Shown in pieces: positions 11,601-22,237 of a DNA stretch of 64,000 bases. The notes below the pieces were generated by a model. The model was given only the letters and a program-made list of their open reading frames with translations, was not told the origin of the DNA and searched no databases. The DNA is from Eukaryota sp. TZLM1-RC. Taxonomy: Eukaryota; Protista; Metamonada: BaSk clade. Made by a program: the position numbers and the translations under genes. The stretch spans positions 1,140,501-1,204,500 of the forward strand of contig JAUPSS010000007.1 of NCBI GenBank assembly GCA_040285825.1. Direction: 5' to 3'. Every line of letters starts with the position of its first letter. Within the stretch, counting starts at the first letter, position 1.

Positions 11601-12617
11601 CATAAATTCCCTAAAATATGTGGGAGCACCCTCTGTCAGCTCCGTGTAATTATGGATTTCCGTATCAAAGTTAGGATCAAACCAGGCAGGCAATTTGGAT
11701 TGTAGGATGTCTTCCGAGTCGGTCCTACTTCTCTGTTCGATGGAGAGAAACCTTATTCTCCTGCCGTATTGATCTAGGAAGGAGGCCTTCCAATCCAATC
11801 TATCTTTGATGGGAAGAGACATCAATTCATTGATTCTCTTGTCCATTCCAGAGATTCTGGGGCGGCGTTCTGCGTTACGCCCGAATGTCTCTCTACTCAA
11901 TTTATCGAGTGCCTTTATGAGTTCATTCCTTTCATTGAGGGAAATTTCCAATACCTTTTGGGTATCCCCAATCATTCCGAGGGTCTGGAAACCAACGTTT
12001 CTGCCTCTTTTTTGAACATAACTCCATAAAGGGGGAAGTTGCTCGAACAGACAGAAATCTGTTGGTTCGAGGTAAGCCTCCGCGTCCTCTCTTAATAACT
12101 TGTAGAACCCCTCAGAAGAGTCGTCTTCTCCCTCCATTTCATCTAGTTGAGATTGAATTTCTTCATATTCTCCTAATGGGGAAGACGTGTCTAAGGTGGG
12201 ATCTCCATCCGTTCCCTTTGAGACAGGTTCTAGAATTGGGAGGGGAGAGGGAGCCGGGTCCGTTCTCGTTGCCTCTTCCATTGCTTTGAGGGGAGAGGGA
12301 GCCGGGTCCGTTCTCGTAACCTCATCTGTTACTTTTTTCCTGAGGGGAGAGGGAGCCGGGTCCGTTCTCGTAACCTCATCTGTTACTTTTTTCCTGAGGG
12401 GAGAGGGAGCCGGGTCCGTTCTCGTTACCTCTTCTGTTGTTGAAGATGGAGGGACCTCGTCCACTCTTTCATCTTCTTCTACATTAAGGGAGGGGGAGGT
12501 GGGATCCGGGTCCGTTGCCTCGTTGCCCTCTATATCATGTGTATGTGATGCTGGTACCTGCTGCATATTAAGTGGTGGATTAGAGTCAGAGATATCTGGT
12601 TGGGAGATGTCTGACAT
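8613..12617 (-). CDS. gag: Gypsy gag, protease and RT N-terminus (1334 aa)
   Basis: Knuckle CTFC-x10-H-x4-C, RGG-rich stretch, protease-like IDAAA..LLIGTD, RT start FSSPIVLV. Confidence 0.88.
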   Translation of the reverse strand: MSDISQPDISDSNPPLNMQQVPASHTHDIEGNEATDPDPTSPSLNVEEDERVDEVPPSSTTEEVTRTDPAPSPLRKKVTDEVTRTDPAPSPLRKKVTDEVTRTDPAPSPLKAMEEATRTDPAPSPLPILEPVSKGTDGDPTLDTSSPLGEYEEIQSQLDEMEGEDDSSEGFYKLLREDAEAYLEPTDFCLFEQLPPLWSYVQKRGRNVGFQTLGMIGDTQKVLEISLNERNELIKALDKLSRETFGRNAERRPRISGMDKRINELMSLPIKDRLDWKASFLDQYGRRIRFLSIEQRSRTDSEDILQSKLPAWFDPNFDTEIHNYTELTEGAPTYFREFMEQEDSSEQDKLEPVTPWFDADALNNIHTERSAVSTYRSRPNNYTQQHGNSFTKQREFRQWVTGDPSTSLHLPKLPVVAPIISEKSQPIQVCSIDSIPDHVPTVNVPEPVTRQDVAPQEEPTSSQPMESEIGEDIELNGPVVGETAPPQPSVRDSSSDRPMRIEDLQSSRRAIDMSIASSLHRQIDPRSKDIDYKRPRLSADDPINKMSIIAFLLKFQTWDKYGRKIVNRSFEAPGQSDWTRAFMIATQLFGEGQAEITQDRIKDLPKHIRDEITRDTTQPLVRIDPAITDKLGPPIHHYDLFRSMMMSTCPTGISSMIDPSLLSRWQSQGLLGVDYTDADVMVFLLKRTQFTSYHEAGTALMKPRINWRKIHNRHEADNEFGRYVEDFGDVLRMTTYMTDLTIPDLIRGSSGLITISPALIAEYFLMGLDNFAISSELLPVWTRESLWDSPNRTTLLDLISTTRRHFLAWCYTAGNKPTMDVLRNRANEEDIPLGLTAMRTYSRGVTPSAQAPTKRARRSGGKSRGTPQHKYIPEKHEREGSKFCTFCSNVEGNNPVGHTVFECKDPRCARSRVPKEERFRLGEQEAPASRGSVERGRGGRGRRVHRFKFRGRGGRYRGHKGRGQYRPIHNINTTEDISSNASPTESKPTRSSTVPHRRINNSNRNSRTGNFPNRVHINAINHNQSTTDLGNPVNNFPTAQQNLLIPLQIHQTSSDINSIFDINSTVSENHVRSQRSPFLRLEISINDIKMIATIDAAAFCSVITADLAEQCHMSINSKDTIKFLPANNVSTKSLGSATGILSFNVGSIAQQVHYKHTLPIIPGSNKLLIGTDMLKALGLQTDDGLFIRLDKEHRTLLNAESEFDSRIAQHSIGNLDNQSPSPSDFEEQLARSGCEINLDDSNNKLKLTSLLKLFSDVFSETPNRKGIDCNPLTIPFRDENAIVHKPARRLNPSKMEIANKIFDELIEMGYAVESNYKFSSPIVLVIYPDGKNPG
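12240..12430 (-). repeat. Coding tandem repeat in gag (4 x TRTDPAPSPL; periods 48, 54, 54 nt)
   Basis: GAGGGGAGAGGGAGCCGGGTCCGTTCTCGT at 12240, 12288, 12342, 12396. Confidence 0.93.
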
Positions 12618-12694
12618 GCTGTAAAGTGTCTGAAGATGTTCGCTAATGCTGAAGTTATGGTATACCTTTTGACTTTAAAATGGCCAATAATTAT

Positions 12695-12773
12695 TGTTGC
12701 CTAAAGTCTATTGTAGTAAAGAAAAGTCTGATTTATTTTCTATTCATATTATATAAGCCTTAGGGCGCCAACA
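12695..12773 (-). repeat. 5' LTR (79 bp)
   Basis: Identical to 5604-5682; minus strand has TATATAA and AATAAA. Confidence 0.96.
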
Positions 12774-13455
12774 TTACGACATCAACAACATTCATTACAT
12801 CATCAAACGAGGGCACAACAACATCAGCACGTCGTTTTCCATATTCTGAATCTCTTACGCTTTCATTTATATCAAGAGACCTCAACAAAGGTTCTACAAA
12901 AGATTCAATATGATAGGAATTACACATTGCATGGATTTGATCTCTAACTGCATCATGCAACGTAGAACGATAGGAAATATATCTATTACAATTAAATAAA
13001 TGTGATAATGTCAAACCAGCTCCACATTTACAAAACAAATCATTGGGCAAATTACAAGGCCATAAATAACAACGCATTCTCATAGCAGTGGTCCATTGGT
13101 CGTCATTCAAAAATAGACCATAAATCTGGGGAATTTGATTTATCAAAACTGCAGATGAACTGTCCTTCAAATCAATCAAAAAATTGGCAAACGCAGGATT
13201 TTCTTTCTTAGCCGTGCTAAGTCGCACAATAAAATCCTTGTTTTCAAAATTTTTCAAAAGATGTCGTTGGAGCTTTTTCAACGCAAATTTTAATGAATAT
13301 AAACTTCTGTCTGGAATTTCTTGAATGGATATGGGAAACATGATTGCCATAAGTCGGGAGATAAACTGGATATTTCTTCTCTTAAGTTATCCAAGAATAT
13401 GCTATTTGTATTTTCAAGAAGATTTTCGGCAAAAGGATATCTTCTAGAGAATTCA

Positions 13456-14386
13456 TTAATGAATGACATGAACATTGGTTTTAATGAAAGCTTGGATTTT
13501 GATGTTAGATGGCTTGGCCAAGAAAAAGAATCCCGCTTTTGCAAATCTTTTACAAGATATGTGTGACAGTACTTCTTCTGCCTTAGTAACAACAATTCCA
13601 CAAGTTTATGGTACTCTCTTATCCGATTCTGCTTGGACTCTGAATATGAGATTTCGTTCCTTTATCTGGCCTGATAATTTACCTCATAATTTAATTTGTA
13701 AATGTTCTCGAGAAATTACAACTACTCATTTGTTAAATTGTAAACATTTTATTACTTTTAGAAGCAAGGTTCATGATGCTGTAAGAGACCAGTTATATTG
13801 TATGTGTAAATCTCATAGAATTGAATCCTTCTTGGAACCTTTGTTGTCAAATCTGTTTGATGCTGAAAATGATTTTCATAAGAATAATAGAGGTGATGTC
13901 ATATTACCTGGATTAGATGGAAGCTTCATTTTATTGGATGTGATGTCTGTTGATCCTTGTAATGCCTCAAATGAAAGGCTTGTTAATTCTGAAATTCATA
14001 ATCCCCTTTCAAATGCTGAAAATTTTAAATTCAAAAAATACAATGAACCTTTGTCCAAATTGGCCAGTCTACAGCATGCAAAATACAATTTGTATCCATT
14101 TGTATTTTCCCTTTTTGGTTCACTTGCACCAACTGCTTTACGTTTTTTGGATGATTTTGAAATGATTGTAAAGAGAAGAACTGGCAGAAATTTCAACAGA
14201 TTGTTTTGGCAAAATAGAATTGTGTTTTCTATTTTTAAGGGGATGTTGAAGATGGTTTCTGATGCTTTGCTTTCTCTTGGATCTCACTATGAGAGAGTTG
14301 CATCTAGTGTTTTTGTTTTGGGAGAGATGGATTTTTTAGATGTTGATTTATAGGTTTAGAATAAAATTAAATTTTTGAAAAAAAAA
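13456..14386 (+). mobile_element. Family A element, 5'-truncated, 13-bp TSD, ~34 extra nt at 5' junction
   Basis: ORF ends GEMDFLDVDL; poly(A); TSD TCTAGAGAATTCA at 13443-13455 and 14387-14399. Confidence 0.93.
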
Positions 14387-15135
14387 TCTAGAGAATTCAA
14401 ATACAAAATTTTTTCCACCACCAATAAATGCAGCTTTGGTCAAATATTTTGATGAATTGAATCCAACACCGCCAAGTTGAACATCAGAAAAAATATGATT
14501 TTTCAAAATTGATGGATCAACAGACATTAAATAAGCCAAAAATTGCGTACGTATTTTGTTAAATTGTCTACAAAAATTGTAAGTTAGGGATGGAGGTAAT
14601 GATCGCAGTAAATGAGTAATTTTTCCAGCATAACAAATTTTCAAAAGAAAAAACTTAAGATGTTTTTCCAATTCAAGAGTCTTTATGACTTCTAGCTCTT
14701 TTTTAATTGAATTTAAATAATTTTCAAGGCTGTCAAGTGTCTTTTCGGCGGAACCTAAATAGCAACCCAGAAAGCATCCATTGGTCGTCATTCAAAAATA
14801 GACCATAAATCTGGGGAATTTGATTTATCAAAACTGCAGATGAACAGTCCTTCAAATCAATCAAAAAATTGGCAAAAGCAGGATTTTCTTTCTTAGCCGT
14901 AAAATATTTTGATGAATTGAATCCAACACCGCCAAGTTGAACATCAGAAAAAATATGATTTTTCAAAATTGATGGAACAACAGACATTAAATAAGCCAAA
15001 AATTCAGTACGTATTTTGTTAAATTGTCTACAAAAATTGTAAGTTAGGGATGGAGGTAATGATCTCAGTAAATGAGTAATTTTTCCAGAATAACAAATTT
15101 TCAAAAGAAAAAACTGAAGATGTTTTTCCAATTCA

Positions 15136-15697
15136 AACCTTTGTTGAGGTCTCTTGATATAAATGAAAGCGTAAAAGATTCAGAATATGGAAAACGACGT
15201 GCTGATGTTGTTGTGCCCTCGTTTGATGATGTCATGAATGTTGTTGATGTCGTAACAGTGGATGTTTGCAAGAAAAATGCCTTGAAAACTGCTCAATCCG
15301 AAGTATCCCCCTTGATGACTCCGAATTGTACAAACGGAAAAAATATGCAAATCCTTTAAAAGAATTGAAACATGTTCGCCATGTAGATTACCAAATTTGC
15401 CCATTTGCTATATCGTTGTATGGTCGTCTTGGAAAAACTGCTATGAATTTTATTGATGATTTTGAAAATCTTGTGAAAAGAAGAATGAATCAGCGTTTTG
15501 ATCGTCGCTAGTGGCTAAATCGTATTGTTTTTACTATTTTCAAATCAATTCCTAAAATGATTTCGAAAGCTTTGATGTCTGTCAGTGCACATTACGAAGA
15601 AATTGCTGTTGTGAGGTTTGATGGTGTGGAAGCTTGTTTTGAAGATATTGACTTTTAGACTGTAGTTTAATAATAAATTAAAATTAGTAAAAAAAAT
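15136..15697 (+). mobile_element. Family B 3' fragment with poly(A)
   Basis: RADVVV to ACFEDIDF with a premature stop; A-tail at ~15689-15697. Confidence 0.88.
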
Positions 15698-18235
15698 AAC
15701 TTCCAATTCATTCTGAATTTGAGGCACGTTTCCTAACCAACAACCAAGGAACTTAAAAGCATCACTACTATAATTAGTAAAGGGGACAATAGAATCATTT
15801 ATCACGAGATCTTGAGCAGAAGAGCCAATGAGAAGGCATTTGCTCGCATTAAGATGAAGCCCAATATTTTCATATGAATCAGCAATTTCTTGAGCAACCA
15901 ATTTTAGTAAATCAAATGATCCAATCAAGGATATATCATCCATATAAGCAACTATTTTTATAGAAGGGTATTTTTGCTTAATGATATTTAAAGTTTTGTG
16001 AATAGCTAAACAAAACAATAATGGGCCTAAAGGATCACCTTGCTTCACACCAGAAGATGATTTAAGACCAAATGAATTAAATATTAAATCTGATTCTTTT
16101 CCATAAAAATGGTAGAAAAAACTCGATAGCTCAGGAAAATCAGATTTAATTATTTCAAAAATTGCTTCTCGCTTTACAGAATTAAAAGCATTTTTAAAGT
16201 CAAGATTAAAAATAAAGTTATTTTCCTCTACATTAAAAAAAGTATCAGAGGCAATAACAGCAACAGAAGCACCATCAATTGTTTTGATTCCAATTGATGA
16301 GGATTCAAAAATGTAGAAGCTTTGTCTTTGACACGATCGAAGTCAATTGATGCCACCAAACGAGATAGAGATTCACCAACAGCAATTGGGCGTATTCCAT
16401 CAGGTTTAATTCCATTACCAGGCTTTACTAAAGCAATCAGACGTGCAGCAAGTAATTCAGAAGGAGGATCAATTTTCAAAACAATTAATTGTTGAAAATA
16501 ATGGGCTAGATCATCAGCAATTTCGGGAGCACTGGAACACGCTATTTTTAACAGATCAAAAGAAATTCCAGATGGGCCTGCTGCTTTCCCTTTTGGTAAT
16601 TTTTGAATAGCTTTGAGAACTTCAATTGCAGTAATAGGATTTTCAATCCAAAAAGGACACACATCAGGCTTGCTGCACTTGAAATTTTCTTGAGGATGCA
16701 ACTTTTGAAGTTTTTCAAGGGTATCAGAATTTGCAACAGCCAAAGAAGAGGAAAACAAGGACTGCTTTGCGGCACCATAGCGACCACGTAAGCACAATTT
16801 TCGGCAAATTTTTGATTTTACAATTTTTCTTTTTCTAAATTTTTTTTAAAACAATTTTTGTTTTTTTCCAAAATAACTTGTAATTCATTCCGAATTTGAG
16901 GCACGTTTCCTAACCAACAACCAAGGAACTTAAAAGCATCACTACTATAATTAGTAAAAGGGACAATAGAATCGTTTATCACGAGATCTTGAGCAGAAGA
17001 GCCAATCAGAAGGCATTTGCTCGCATTAAGATGAAGCCCAATATTTTCATATGAATCGGCAATTTCTTGAGCAACCAATTCTAGTAAATCAAAAGAACCA
17101 ATCAAGGATATATCATCCATATAAGCAACTATTTTTATAGATGGGTTTTTGCTTAATGATATTTAAAGTTTTGTGAATAGCTAAACAAAACAATAATGGG
17201 CCTAAAGGATCTCCCTGCTTCACTCCAGAAGATGATTTAAGACCAAATGAATTAAATATTAAATCTGATTCTTTTCCATAAAAATGGTAGAAAAAACTCG
17301 ATAGCTCAGGAAAATCAGATTTAATTATTTCAAAAATTGCTTCTCGCTTTACAGAATTAAAAGCATTTTTAAAGTCAAGATTAAAAATAAAGTTATTTTC
17401 CTCTACATTAAAAAAAGTATCAGAGGCTTTAACAGCAACAGAAGCACCATCAATTGTTTTGATTCCAATTGATGAGGATTCAAAAATGTAGAAGCTTTGT
17501 CTTTGACACGATCGAAGTCAATTGATGCCACCAAACGAGATAGAGATTCACCAACAGCAATTGGGCGTATTCCATCAGGTTTAATTCCATTACCAGGCTT
17601 TACTAAAGCAATCAGACGTGCAGCAAGTAATTCAGAAGGAGGATTAATTTTCAAAACAATTAATTGTTGAAAATAATGGGCTAGATCATCAGCAATTTCG
17701 GGAGCACTGGAACACGCTATTTTTAACAGATCAAAAGAAATTCCAGATGGGCCTGCTGCTTTCCCTTTTGGTAATTTTTGAATAGCTTTGAGAACTTCAA
17801 TTGCAGTAATAGGATTTTCAATCCAAAAAGGACACACATCAGGCTTGCTGCACTTGAAATTTTCTTGAGGATGCAACTTTTGAAGTTTTTCAAGGGTATC
17901 AGAATTTGCAACAGCCAAAGAAGAGGAAAACAAGGACTGCTTTGCGGCACCATAGCGACCACGTAAGCACAATTTTCGGCAAATTTTTGATTTTACAATT
18001 TTTCTGTTTCTAAAACAATTTTTGTTTTTTTCCAAAATAACTTGTAATTCATTCCGAATTTGAGGCACGTTTCCTAACCAACAACCAAGGAACTTAAAAG
18101 CATCACTACTATAATTAGTAAAAGGGACAATAGAATCGTTTATCACGAGATCTTGAGCAGAAGAGCCAATCAGAAGGCATTTGCTCGCATTAAGATGAAG
18201 CCCAATATTTTCATATGAATCGGCAATTTCTTGAG

Positions 18236-21200
18236 ACCCTTTAGGTCCTTTCTTTTTTTGTCTTGCAATTCACCCAATTTTGAAAAAATTAAAAGAAGAA
18301 AATTCTGACCTTCAAGTGGTAGCTTACATGGATGACATTTCTTGTATTGGTCCAGAAAGTACAATTAATAGGGTTGCTAATGAAGCTGCTACATTATACC
18401 AATCCATAGGTCTTGATTTGAATGTTCAAAAATGTTTTTGTATTTCTAGAAAAAATGTTAAGTTAATAATTAATTCCCTCGAAGTTCCATATATTGATTA
18501 TACTTCAACTAGTTTCTGCTTTCTGGGTTGCTATTTAGGTTCCGCCGAAAAGACACTTGACAGCCTTGAAAATTATTTAAATTCAATTAAAAAAGAGCTA
18601 GAAGTCATAAAGACTCTTGAATTGGAAAAACATCTTAAGTTTTTTCTTTTGAAAATTTGTTATGCTGGAAAAATTACTCATTTACTGCGATCATTACCTC
18701 CATCCCTAACTTACAATTTTTGTAGACAATTTAACAAAATACGTACCCAATTTTTGGCTTATTTAATGTCTGTTGATCCATCAATTTTGAAAAATCATAT
18801 TTTTTCTGATGTTCAACTTGGCGGTGTTGGATTCAATTCATCAAAATATTTGACCAAAGCTGCATTTATTGGTGGTGGAAAAATTTTGTATTTGAATTCT
18901 CTAGAAGATATCCTTTGCCGAAAATCTTCTTGAAAATACAAATAGCATATTCCTGGATAACTTAAGACAAGAAATATCCAGTTTATCTCCCGACTTATGG
19001 CAATCATGTTTCCCCATATCCATTCAAGAAATTCCAGACAGAAGTTTATATTCATTAAAATTTGCGTTGAAAAAGCTCCAACGACATCTTTTGAAAAATT
19101 TTGAAAACAAGGATTTTATTGTTCGACTTAGCACGGCTAAGAAAGAAAATCCTGCTTTTGCCAATTTTTGATTGATTTGAAGGACAGTTCATCTGCAGTT
19201 TTGATAAATCAAATTCCCCAGATTTATGGTCTATTTTTGAATGACGACCAATGGACCACTGCTATGAGAATGCGTTGTTATTTATGGCCTTGTAATTTGC
19301 CCAATGATTTGTTTTGTAAATGTGGAGCTGGTTTGACATTATCACATTTATTTAATTGCAATAGATATATTTCCTATCGTTCTACGTTGCATGATGCAGT
19401 CAGAGATCAAATCCATGCAATGTGTAATTCCTATCATATTGAATCTTTTGTAGAACCTTTGTTGAGGTCTCTTGATATAAATGAAAGCGTAAGAGATTCA
19501 GAATATGGAAAACGACGTGCTGATGTTGTTGTACCCTCGTTTGATGATGTCATGAATGTTGTTGATGTCGTAACAGTGGATGTATGCAAGAAAAATGCCT
19601 TGAAAAATGCTCAATCCGAAGTATCCCCCCTTGATGACTCCGAATTGTACAAACGGAAAAAGTATTAGTTAAACCTGGTAAAGGTGACAAACCTGATGGA
19701 GTTAGACCAATTGCTATTGGAGAGTCATTAACCAGATTGCTTTCTTCGCTTATTTTTAACAGAATTTCTACTAAAGCAAGGGACTATTTGAAGCCTTTCC
19801 AATTTGGTATAAAAACTGTTGAAGGTGCTTCTGTTGCTTCAATGACTTCAGATGTTTTTTTCAATAGTCAACAGCATCAATATATTTTCAATTTGGATTT
19901 CAAAAATGCTTTCAATTCTGTGAAACGTAATTGTATTTTTGATGTCCTTCTTCATGATTTTCCTGAACTTACTGCATATTTTTATTTATTTTATGGAAAA
20001 AAATCAGACTTAATTTTTGACTCCTTTACCCTTGAATCTTCTTCTGGTGTGAAACAAGGTGATCCTCTAGGCCCTTTGCTGTTTTGTTTGGCTATTCATA
20101 ATATTATTAAAATGACACAACAAGATTTCCCTGATTTGCGTATTGTTGCCTATATGGATGACATTTCTATTATTGGTTCTTTTGAAAGTATTTCTAGGGT
20201 TTCTGAAGACATTGCGGCGAAATACAAAGAAATTGGTTTAGCTTTGAACCCATCTAAATGTCTCTTGATTGGTAGAGAAAAACAATCTTTGATGATTGGT
20301 GGAGCTCAGATTCCTTTTATCAATTATGACCATCAAGCTTTTAAGTTTCTTGGATGTTGGCTTGGCAATTTGGATGAAATTTATTCCCAGTTAAACAATT
20401 TATTGGAGAAGTTTGACAAGGATCTTAGTTTTATTGCTGAATGTGACATTGAGAAACACATCAAATTTTTTATTTTAAAAATTTGTTATTCTGGAAAATT
20501 CACTCATATTTTAAGGTCAACTCCCCTTCGGTATCTCTCAATTTTGCAGATCTTTTAACAAACTTCGAGTCAAATTTTTTTCTTCTTTATTAGAAGTAAA
20601 TGAATCTTTAATTCGAAGTCATGTATTTTGTTCAGCAGATTTGGGTGGAATTGGATTCACCAAATCTTCGATTCTGTGTAAAGCAGCATTTTTGGGAGGT
20701 GGTAAAAATTTTGTTTTTGAATTTTTCCAAAGGTTCCCTTTTGATGTTCATCTGATCAATGGTGAATCAAATTTTTACTTGAATCAACTGCAATTTGAAT
20801 TAGAAAATTTGCCTAGTGATATCTGGATTCAGTGTTTTCCTCAAAATGTTCAAGAAATTCCCACTCGATCACTTCCAAATTTACGTTTTTGCTTGAAAAA
20901 GCTTCAGCACCATTTGGTTAAATTATATGAAGGCTTGGATTATGAAGTAAGACTTGGCTTGGCCAAAACTAAAAATCCCGCTTTCGGTAATTTTTTAAAG
21001 GATATTCGTGATAGTTCAGCTGCTGCTTTAGTAACTCAAGTTCCCTCTGTTTATGGACTTTTGTTAAAAGACAATGAATGGCTTCTAAACATGCGTTTTC
21101 GTTGTTTTCTGTGGCCAAACAATTTGCCCAATCATTTAACTTGTAAATGTGGTAAACCTCTTTTGTTTACTCATCTTTTGAACTGTAAACATTTCATTAC

Positions 21201-22237
21201 GTTTAGAAGCAAAGTGCATAATAACGTCAGGGACCAAATTTATGTAATGTGCAAATCATATCGTGTAGATTCCTTTTTAGAACCGCTGTTATCAAAATTA
21301 ATTCTTGATGATCCCAATATTGATAGTATGCGTTACAACAGAGCTTCTATGGGTCTGACTAGAGGTGATCTAGTTGTTCCTGGTTTAAATGGTAGTTTTA
21401 CTATTTTGGACGCCATGTCTATTGACCCTTGTAATTCCTCTAACGAACATTTCATTAACTCGGATGTAAATAATCCTCTTCTTGCAGGCGAAAAATATAA
21501 AATTGCTAAATATGCGAAACCCATTTCCTCGGTTAATGAAAATTCTCATGCCCAATATAATTTATGTCCATTTGTTTTTTCTTTGCTTGGATCTCTAGGT
21601 AAGGCTGCTATGGCTTTCCTTGAGGATTTTGTTGTAGTTGTAAAGGAAAGAACTGGAAGAATTTTCAATCGTGTTTACTGGCAAAACAGGATTGTATTTT
21701 CTATTTTTAAGGGAATGGTAACACTAATTTCTGATTCACTATCTTCTTTTGGGAAATTTTCTGAATCTTTAGCGATTAATTGTTTTGATGTAGGGGAGGC
21801 AGGTTTTGAGGATGTGGAGTTTTAATTGTGTATTTCATATTTGTTGTTGAATAAAAAGTTTTAGTTAAAAAAAAAAAGAAAAAGTATGCAAATCCTTTAA
21901 AAGAATTGAAACATGTTCGCCATGTAGATTACCAAATTTGCCCATTTGCTATATCGTTGTATGGTCGTCTTGGAAAAACTGCTTTGAATTTTATTGATGA
22001 TTTTGAAAATCTTGTAAAAAAAAGAATGAATAAGCGTTTTGATCGTCGCTTGTGGCTAAATCGTATTGTTTTTACTATTTTCAAATCAATTCCTAAAATG
22101 ATTTCGAAAGCTTTAATGTCTGTCAGTGCACATTATGAAAACATTGCTGCTGTAAGGTTTGATGGTGTGGAAGCTTGTTTTGAAGATATTGACTTTTAGA
22201 CTGTGGTTTTGAAAATAAATATTACTTTTCAAAAAAA
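18236..22237 (+). mobile_element. Family B element, 5'-truncated, 11-bp TSD, hosting a family C copy
   Basis: ORFs 18280-18933, 19168-19668, 21906-22199; TSD AATTTCTTGAG at 18225-18235 and 22238-22248. Confidence 0.92.
19666..21877 (+). mobile_element. Family C element (RT to endonuclease), 10-bp TSD
   Basis: ORFs 19737-20558 and 20641-21825; poly(A); TSD GAAAAAGTAT at 19656-19665 and 21878-21887. Confidence 0.93.

Larger units (their letters stand above)
5604..12773 (-). mobile_element. Full-length Ty3/Gypsy LTR retrotransposon with chromodomain integrase
   Basis: Identical TG..CA LTRs, TTAC TSD (5600-5603, 12774-12777), domain order gag-PR-RT-RH-IN-chromo, polypurine tract. Confidence 0.97.
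5160..14901 (-). mobile_element. Inner family B element with poly(A), interrupted by the Gypsy element and a family A copy
   Basis: Poly(T) on + at ~5156-5173; B sequence resumes at 12774-13455 and 14387-14775; extra B piece at 14776-14900. Confidence 0.85.
4920..15135 (-). mobile_element. Outer family B fragment (4920-5159 plus 14902-15135) hosting an inner family B copy
   Basis: The two pieces are contiguous in B (GGVGFNSSKY/LxKAAFIGGG); AAATATTTT duplicated at 5151-5159 and 14902-14910. Confidence 0.75.

Noticed and set aside
12240-12430. CRISPR-like repeat-spacer array
   Set aside because: Spacers are identical or related, periods are multiples of 3, and it lies in the gag frame
14776-15710. 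Second twin-priming event in family B
   Set aside because: No unambiguous TSD; TTCCAATTCA at 15126 and 15701 can also be read as family A sequence
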